30,571 nucleotides of DNA from positions 1 to 30,571 of the forward strand of contig CAJWCD010000025.1 in the NCBI GenBank assembly GCA_913020725.1. Direction: 5' to 3'. Origin of the DNA: an uncultured Pseudomonadota bacterium (lineage in GTDB: Bacteria > SAR324 > NAC60-12). Below, piece by piece: positions 24,755-30,571 of this stretch (position 1 is the stretch's first letter; the number at the start of each line of letters is the position of its first letter). The notes beneath the pieces were generated by a model. It ran no database searches and was not told the origin of the DNA. It saw only the letters and a program-made list of their open reading frames with translations. A program made the position numbers and the translations under genes.

Positions 24755-25993
24755 ATGCCTACCAAAACAAAATCCAATAATCTAGTTGTCGGCCTAGACA
24801 TCGGCACGACAAAAATCTGTGCCATCGCGGTCAACGGAGACAGCCGAGAAAACTTAGACATCGTCGGTATAGGAACCACGAAATCCGATGGGCTCCGCAA
24901 GGGTGTCGTGGTGAATATTGACCGCACAGTTCGCTCCATCAAGAAAGCGCTTGATGAGTGCGAATTGATGTGTGGCCAGCAGATTGATGCGGTTTATGCT
25001 GGGATCGCGGGTCATCACATCCGGGGGCAAAACAGCCGCGGGATGGTGACGGTTTACAACAAGGTGGTTCAGGAAGACGACATCCGCCGGGTGATTGATG
25101 CCGCGCAGGTTCTGATTCCCAACGACCGTGAAATCTTGCACATCCTGCCGCAAGAGTTCATCGTCGATGATCAGGATGGTGTGCAGAATCCTCTGGAAAT
25201 GGCGGCCACGCGCTTGGAAGTCAACGTCCACATCGTCACCGGCTCCGTTACTTCCGCACAAAACATCATCAAGTGCTGTAATCAAGCGGGCTTGGACGTG
25301 GAGGACATTGTCCTTGAACCCCTTGCGTCCAGTCAGGCGGTCCTCAGCCCGGATGAGCAGGAGGTCGGGGTGATCCTCCTCGACATCGGCGGAGGCACGA
25401 CCGACATCACCATCTACTCCGAGGGCAGCATTGTCCACACTGCCGTTCTGGCCCTAGGAGGCAATCACCTCACCCACGACATCGCCATTGGCCTCGGAAC
25501 CCCCTTGGCCGAAGCCGAGGAAATCAAGCACGAGCACGGTGTCGCCATGACGGAGATGGTGGGTGAGGATGAGATGATCGACGTGCCCAATGTGGGAGGG
25601 TGGACTAATCGGAAGATGAAGAAAAAAGTGCTGGCGGAAATCATTGAAGCCCGCTTCACCGAAATCTTTGAACTGATCGCCCAAGAGGTCGAGAAAACCA
25701 GCTACCACAACCTGATGGCCTCCGGAATGGTGATCACGGGGGGAACCTGCATCATGCCCGGAGCGGACCGCTTAGCCCATTCGGTCTTGAACTTGCCAGT
25801 CCGCGTCGGTTACCCGGAAAAAATCAGGAACCTGCAGGAATTGGTCTATTCTCCCAAATACGCCACCAGCGTTGGCTTGGTCCGCTTTGGAATCAACAGC
25901 AACCAGGGTAAATTGAATTTTGTTGGAGACGAAACCAAACTCTTTCACAAAGTGTCCCGTCGCATGAAGGACTGGATGCAGGAATTCTTTTGA
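24755..25993 (+). CDS. ftsA: Cell division protein FtsA
   Basis: [61 protein letters not shown] and RVGYP. ATG 24755 after GAGG. Confidence 0.97.
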   Translation: MPTKTKSNNLVVGLDIGTTKICAIAVNGDSRENLDIVGIGTTKSDGLRKGVVVNIDRTVRSIKKALDECELMCGQQIDAVYAGIAGHHIRGQNSRGMVTVYNKVVQEDDIRRVIDAAQVLIPNDREILHILPQEFIVDDQDGVQNPLEMAATRLEVNVHIVTGSVTSAQNIIKCCNQAGLDVEDIVLEPLASSQAVLSPDEQEVGVILLDIGGGTTDITIYSEGSIVHTAVLALGGNHLTHDIAIGLGTPLAEAEEIKHEHGVAMTEMVGEDEMIDVPNVGGWTNRKMKKKVLAEIIEARFTEIFELIAQEVEKTSYHNLMASGMVITGGTCIMPGADRLAHSVLNLPVRVGYPEKIRNLQELVYSPKYATSVGLVRFGINSNQGKLNFVGDETKLFHKVSRRMKDWMQEFF

Positions 25994-26036
25994 GCGCCCA
26001 AACCCAAACTCAGCACCCAGCAACCAAAATTATCCC

Positions 26037-27734
26037 ATGTTAAAGTTCACAGGAGTCCAAACCGTGCGAGATAGTGCCCCCAGCATCAAAGTGGTTGGGG
26101 TTGGCGGCGGCGGCGGCAATGTCATCAACCGCATGATTGACCTTAATGTCGAGGGCGTGGAGTACATCGCGGCTAACACGGACTTACAAGATTTGAAGAA
26201 ATCCCTCGCTTCGACCAAGCTTCAACTGGGAGCGCACTGCACCCAAGGATTGGGGGCCGGAGCCAAGCCGGAGATCGGCCGCAGTGCTGCGCTGGAGAGC
26301 ATGGACCATATCCGCGAGGCGGTTTCCGGAGCCGACATGGTGTTCGTGACTGCAGGCATGGGAGGCGGCACCGGCACCGGCGGTGTCCCTGTGGTTGCTC
26401 AAGTCGCTAGGGAGGTGCAAGCCCTGACGGTAGGAGTCGTCACCTTGCCGTTCAACTACGAAGGCAAGCGCCGATGCAATGCTGCCATTGCAGGGGTTGA
26501 GGAACTCCGGAAGTATGTGGACACGCTCATTGTTATTCCCAACAACAATCTCCTGCAACTGATCAACAAGCATACCTCGATGCTGGAAGCCTTCGGCCTG
26601 GCAGACGATGTGTTGCGGCAGGGCATTCAAGGCGTGTCCGACCTGATCACCCGGGATGGCATTGTCAACCTCGACTTTGCCGATGTCCGCACTGTGATGG
26701 AGAACAAGGGGAAAGCCGTGATGGGCACAGGAACGGCCTCTGGAGAAAACCGTGCTCTGAAAGCGGCGGAGCAAGCCATCCGGAGCCCTCTCTTGAGCGA
26801 TCGCTCGGTGGAAGGCGCACGGGGGATTTTGATGAACGTGGTGGGGGATGTGAACATGACCCTTCACGAAGTGACGGAAGCCTCCGACTTCATCCAGCAG
26901 CAGGGGCATCCGGATGCCGTGGTCATTTGGGGGGCATCCATCAACGAGGAATTGACCGATCGCATTACGATCACCGTGATTGCCACGGGCTTCGACAATC
27001 AGGTGCTTGGAAGCCAAAAAACCGAGCGCTCATTTGCTCTGCCGACCATATCGTCCCCCGCTCCCGAACCTGTGACGCTCATGCCTCCGGTCACTTCCAT
27101 TGAGTCCGCTCCAAAGTCGACCTTGCCCACACCCATTGAGGCTGCTCCAGAGCCGATTGCGTTGGTTTCGAGCAATGAGCTTGAGACTCCAGCGGCTTTC
27201 GCTAGACTAGCTTCCACACCTCAGCTAGAAATCGAGGAGGATCCCTCCGGAGAGGAACTGGTTGGGACAAGCAGCACCAGCGAATCCAATAGCATCATTG
27301 GCGCACTTTACGATGACGTTGTCGAACCCTTGGTTGTTGAAGGGGATCAGGTCTCACAGGAGCAGGCCAATGACGGCTTGGCGACCGAGATGGAGGTGGA
27401 GGCTGAACCGTCAAGTCCACCGGAAGCAGCCATTGGGGTAGGAAATGAAACCCCGACTAACGAACCTCATGGCGAATCGGTTTCCGTTGAGACCGAGGTT
27501 CTGGCTCAAGAGGCCGATGATTTGCAGGTTGCGCCCGATCCGAGCCCGCAGGAAAACCGGGTGGATTTGAGCCCGGGAGAGCGGCTGCTCCAGCAAACGG
27601 GTCGTACTGGTGGCCTTTCGGGTGTGCAGACGGAGCCAATGTATCCTACTTGGGCAAAACGCAGCGGACAGCCGGGATTTCATCAGAATCTGGACATCCC
27701 CGCCTTCATTCGTAGGCGCAAGGCCGATGCCTGA
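26037..27734 (+). CDS. ftsZ: Cell division protein FtsZ with very long C-terminal linker
   Basis: [24 protein letters not shown], tubulin signature GGGTGTG, NLDFADV, TVIATGF and C-terminal peptide [10 protein letters not shown]. Confidence 0.97.
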   Translation: MLKFTGVQTVRDSAPSIKVVGVGGGGGNVINRMIDLNVEGVEYIAANTDLQDLKKSLASTKLQLGAHCTQGLGAGAKPEIGRSAALESMDHIREAVSGADMVFVTAGMGGGTGTGGVPVVAQVAREVQALTVGVVTLPFNYEGKRRCNAAIAGVEELRKYVDTLIVIPNNNLLQLINKHTSMLEAFGLADDVLRQGIQGVSDLITRDGIVNLDFADVRTVMENKGKAVMGTGTASGENRALKAAEQAIRSPLLSDRSVEGARGILMNVVGDVNMTLHEVTEASDFIQQQGHPDAVVIWGASINEELTDRITITVIATGFDNQVLGSQKTERSFALPTISSPAPEPVTLMPPVTSIESAPKSTLPTPIEAAPEPIALVSSNELETPAAFARLASTPQLEIEEDPSGEELVGTSSTSESNSIIGALYDDVVEPLVVEGDQVSQEQANDGLATEMEVEAEPSSPPEAAIGVGNETPTNEPHGESVSVETEVLAQEADDLQVAPDPSPQENRVDLSPGERLLQQTGRTGGLSGVQTEPMYPTWAKRSGQPGFHQNLDIPAFIRRRKADA

Positions 27735-27812
27735 TTGCGTAGCTAGGGGACTTCTGCCCCACCGCTTGCTGCGTGAATGAAAGCGAGGACTGTCACCTCT
27801 CACAGGGAAGTG

Positions 27813-27860
27813 TTCAGGAGTCCGGACAAGCCATTCTGACTCCTGAATTCTGGATTCCCA
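27813..27860. repeat. Hairpin built from heptamer repeats
   Basis: TTCAGGAGTC (27813-27822) pairs with GACTCCTGAA (27838-27847). Tandem 7-mers attctga-ctcctga-attctgg-attccca at 27833-27860. Confidence 0.55.
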
Positions 27861-27862
27861 AG

Positions 27863-27900
27863 ACCCCGCTGTTGCTGCGGGGTAGTTTATTGTATTTTTC
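27863..27900 (+). terminator. Possible intrinsic terminator of ftsAZ
   Basis: ACCCCGC-7 nt-GCGGGGT stem followed by the T-rich tract AGTTTATTGTATTTTTC. Confidence 0.5.
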
Positions 27901-27915
27901 TGAAATGTTTTTGAC

Positions 27916-28776
27916 ATGTCGATCAAACTGAAACTGACCACCATTCGAGGGTTGATCCTGCTGACAGGCGGGTTGATCGGCTGGGGATTGGTGCAGTTGC
28001 TCGACGGTTTCTTGAGGATCACCCTTGACGGGAGACACGATCCTTACTTGAGCATGGGTTTTGGTTTGGGGGCCGGATTTGGACTGGTTGCCAAACTGAT
28101 GCTGCCCTTGACGACCGGGCATCGCGCCCCGTTCCTGATGAAACAAGGACTTGCAGGGTTACTGCTTGGAGGCGTGCTGGGTCTGTTGGCTTTTGCCCTC
28201 TCACAAGCCCTGCTCGGATTTGACCTGCCTGTTGCGACAAGCCGGATTGCTAGTTTTGTGTTGTTGGGGACATCGGTTGGGGTTCTGATCCGGGGTCTGG
28301 ATTGGAACTCGTCGAAACTGCCCCTGTCTTATCCACTGTTGGGAACCTTTGGTGGGTTGCTGGGTGGAGTTGTGTTTGAAAGTTTATTATTGATCCAAGC
28401 TGATGAGTCGATCCCTGTGGTTGGTACGTTGGCGGTTGGTTTTGCGCTTTTTATCTGCTTAGTGCCTTGGCACGTCACCCGAGCAAGAAGCGCCCTGCGT
28501 GTTTTGAATGGAGTCCAGAGTGGCGAGGTGTTTCTGCTTGACCAGAAATCTGCCGTGCTGGGCTATGGGGAAACAAATGACTTTGTCTTGAGAGATCACA
28601 GAGAAGTTAGCATTCGTCACGCCCAATTCCTGAATGTTCCAGATAAATGCGAAGTCCGGAACCTCAGTGAAGGTGGCCCCATTCAGGTCAATTTCCGACC
28701 CGTCCAAAACCAATCCGTCAAAGCAGGCGACATCATCAGCGTAGGATCAGCTCAATTACAGTTGATTCGAACCTGA
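27916..28776 (+). CDS. Polytopic membrane protein with C-terminal FHA-like domain
   Basis: About six Gly-rich hydrophobic segments, then LRVLNG..SGEVF.L, VSIRHAQF, VN and GDIISVG. Confidence 0.85.
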   Translation: MSIKLKLTTIRGLILLTGGLIGWGLVQLLDGFLRITLDGRHDPYLSMGFGLGAGFGLVAKLMLPLTTGHRAPFLMKQGLAGLLLGGVLGLLAFALSQALLGFDLPVATSRIASFVLLGTSVGVLIRGLDWNSSKLPLSYPLLGTFGGLLGGVVFESLLLIQADESIPVVGTLAVGFALFICLVPWHVTRARSALRVLNGVQSGEVFLLDQKSAVLGYGETNDFVLRDHREVSIRHAQFLNVPDKCEVRNLSEGGPIQVNFRPVQNQSVKAGDIISVGSAQLQLIRT

Positions 28777-28777
28777 G

Positions 28778-30472
28778 ATGAAATTTCCAGTTTGGGGGAG
28801 GGACGGCCATGTTCTGTGGCTGACCCTTCTGTTCTTTTGCCTCTTGGCTCCCTCTGCCCTTGCCTCTCCGCTGGAGGTGACGGGATTGGATCTGCGAGAG
28901 TCGCATTTTGATGGAACCCACCACCTGTATCTGTCCCTGCCGGACTCTGATACAGAGATTTCCCTAAGCAGCCTGCTTCTGAAGGCAGGCGATCAGTGGC
29001 AGACTCCGGTGTCGGTTGTCAAGCGTTCTGCCCACTCCCCCCTTGACCTTGTGCTGCTGATCCAACCGGAGTTGCTCAAATTCCCGGAAACGGCCAGCGC
29101 CCTGAAATCACAGTTCAAACAGCTCCAAGAACTGGTGGGCGGAGCCAACAAAATCCGGTTGACAAAAGACGGCATCGCATTTTCCACCGACTGGGACCAA
29201 CTGAGCAACGAGGCTCCTGAAAATTCGGACTCAGCCTCACCTGCCCAAGCAATCTACTCCATTTTAGAGCAAGGCTCAGACGCTGCTCGGCGGGTGATTC
29301 TCTGGAGATCCGGAGGGGGTGAACAGGATTTGGAGGGTGAACAGTGGTGGTCGTTACAAAATCTCCTCATCCGCAAGCAGACCACGCTGTTCATTTTTTC
29401 CACCGCGAAACCCCCTTCCAACGGAAGTCCGGCACTGGCCGTGACCGGAGGTCGCTTCATCCTGAACTCCGGAGCAGGAAACGCGCTCAAGGACACCGCC
29501 CTCAAAATACTGGAGGAATACAAAGTCACCTTCAGCGGTCAAGGCTTGGGTTGGATTCCGCAACCACTTGAAATCCTGTTGCTTGACGAAGCCGCAACGA
29601 GCCGCACAAGCTGGCAAATTCCGCAACGTCAAATCTGGGCAAGAGCAACAGAAAACTGGCTGGTTTTTGGTGTGGGATGCCTGCTCCTCGGCGGTGTGCT
29701 GCTGCTGCTCACCGCGAAGTTGAGAACCTCTCGAAGCAACTCTGGAGGCCAGTCGTATTTTGAGTTAATCAGTCCGCAAGTGCGGATCCGAAAACTGGTG
29801 ATTCCAGAAAAAAACTCGGCAATGTCTTTTCTGGAATCTGTTGCCGTCGCAGAAAAGTTGCGGCTGCCGGGCAACGTTTCGCGGGTTTGGTTGAAGCACG
29901 ATGGAGAGAATCTGTTGTTGGAGGACAACAACTACAAGAACGCACTGCTCGTCAATCGGCGACGAAGCAAGCGCCGAGTCTTGCAGCACAACGACATTCT
30001 GGACATGGGCGAAGTGGTCTTGCGCTTTGTCTCTCCTCGGACGGCGAGGAGTGTTGCCCCCCCCCAAACGTCGTTGTACAACGCAGATTTCAAGTTCTCT
30101 GAACCAGAAAAACCACGTGGCCCGCTACGCCAGGACAAGCTGGTTCTCACGATCTCAGGACGCAAAGGTTCGTTTCCACTCACCAAGAACCTCTTCTTCA
30201 TCGGTGAGTCCGAGATCAACGATTTGGTGATCAAGGGCGAGGACACTTACCCCAAACATGCCAAGATTCAAAAGATTGGCAAACTGTACCAGATTGTCAA
30301 CTTGGCAAACTCAGATTCGACTCAAGTGAACGGACGACGCATTTCCCAAAAATTCCTCCGGGATGGCGATGCCTTGCAGTTGGGCAATGTCCAGATGCAA
30401 GTCAGCATTGGCGCACTGCCACGGGAAAAATCACCGCAGTCTGCAAAAAAAACGCACCGCGCACAAACCTGA
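28778..30472 (+). CDS. Exported/bitopic protein with extracytoplasmic (vWA-like?) domain, one TM and two cytoplasmic FHA-like domains
   Basis: Signal peptide, LDLVLLI...RRVILW...LAVTGGRF (vWA-like pattern, weak), TM WLVFGVGCLLLGGVLLLL, FHA-like LLVN..LQHNDILDMG and IG..NDLVI..HAKI..VNG..LRDGD.LQLG. Confidence 0.8.
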   Translation: MKFPVWGRDGHVLWLTLLFFCLLAPSALASPLEVTGLDLRESHFDGTHHLYLSLPDSDTEISLSSLLLKAGDQWQTPVSVVKRSAHSPLDLVLLIQPELLKFPETASALKSQFKQLQELVGGANKIRLTKDGIAFSTDWDQLSNEAPENSDSASPAQAIYSILEQGSDAARRVILWRSGGGEQDLEGEQWWSLQNLLIRKQTTLFIFSTAKPPSNGSPALAVTGGRFILNSGAGNALKDTALKILEEYKVTFSGQGLGWIPQPLEILLLDEAATSRTSWQIPQRQIWARATENWLVFGVGCLLLGGVLLLLTAKLRTSRSNSGGQSYFELISPQVRIRKLVIPEKNSAMSFLESVAVAEKLRLPGNVSRVWLKHDGENLLLEDNNYKNALLVNRRRSKRRVLQHNDILDMGEVVLRFVSPRTARSVAPPQTSLYNADFKFSEPEKPRGPLRQDKLVLTISGRKGSFPLTKNLFFIGESEINDLVIKGEDTYPKHAKIQKIGKLYQIVNLANSDSTQVNGRRISQKFLRDGDALQLGNVQMQVSIGALPREKSPQSAKKTHRAQT

Positions 30473-30516
30473 AGGAGAGTGCGTCACCCCAGCAATTCTA
30501 ATTTTAGCGTTAAGAG

Positions 30517-30571
30517 TGATGGACTCGTAAAAAGTTTGCATCCGCACAACGGACTGAAAACAAACGGGATT
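30517..30571 (+). mobile_element. Left terminal repeat of an IS/MITE-like element running off the window
   Basis: TGATGGACTCGTAAAAAGT resembles both termini of the 15603-15745 element. Confidence 0.45.

Noticed and set aside
1..30571. tRNA/rRNA genes, retron, DGR or group II intron
   Set aside because: I saw no cloverleaf or rRNA-like sequence in the intergenic gaps, no reverse transcriptase ORF and no adenine-specific repeat pair. This was by eye only; tRNAscan-SE and cmscan would be decisive.

Overview
Bacterial chromosomal segment, moderately GC-rich and densely coding. The gene content and the Cys-rich secreted domain at 248-967 recall the marine SAR324/deltaproteobacteria-like lineage; this is an inference from recalled families, not a search result. 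In order, the window holds: (i) a repetitive, possibly low-quality left edge and a G-quadruplex-like tract; (ii) a minus-strand operon of three exported proteins (caspase-family protease, TlpA-like thioredoxin, Cys-rich hypothetical) behind a near-consensus sigma70 promoter; (iii) a membrane-dipeptidase/hypothetical/DUF3726-like cluster and a DHDPS-family lyase preceded by a highly structured leader; (iv) small orphans including a multi-HTH protein, then ltaE; (v) a minus-strand run of a decaying CHAT lipoprotein gene, comM and a serine-recombinase-like gene whose nucleophile is Asn, with the first ~11 codons of the CHAT gene duplicating the comM 5' end; (vi) a membrane hypothetical, a DapF-like enzyme with both catalytic Cys replaced by Ser, a BrnA antitoxin remnant, SMP-30, coaE, a degenerate DAG-kinase-like gene and a bactofilin; (vii) proS, a divergent prs, trkA and a small lipoprotein; (viii) a stand-alone ftsA-ftsZ pair with a very long FtsZ linker; (ix) two membrane proteins with degenerate FHA domains. 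Several REP/MITE-like palindromes occupy intergenic spaces. I found no tRNA, rRNA, CRISPR array, reverse transcriptase or intact transposase. The best candidates for something undescribed are the comM locus, the Ser/Ser DapF, the exported caspase/thioredoxin operon and the kissing-loop leader at 6432-6537.
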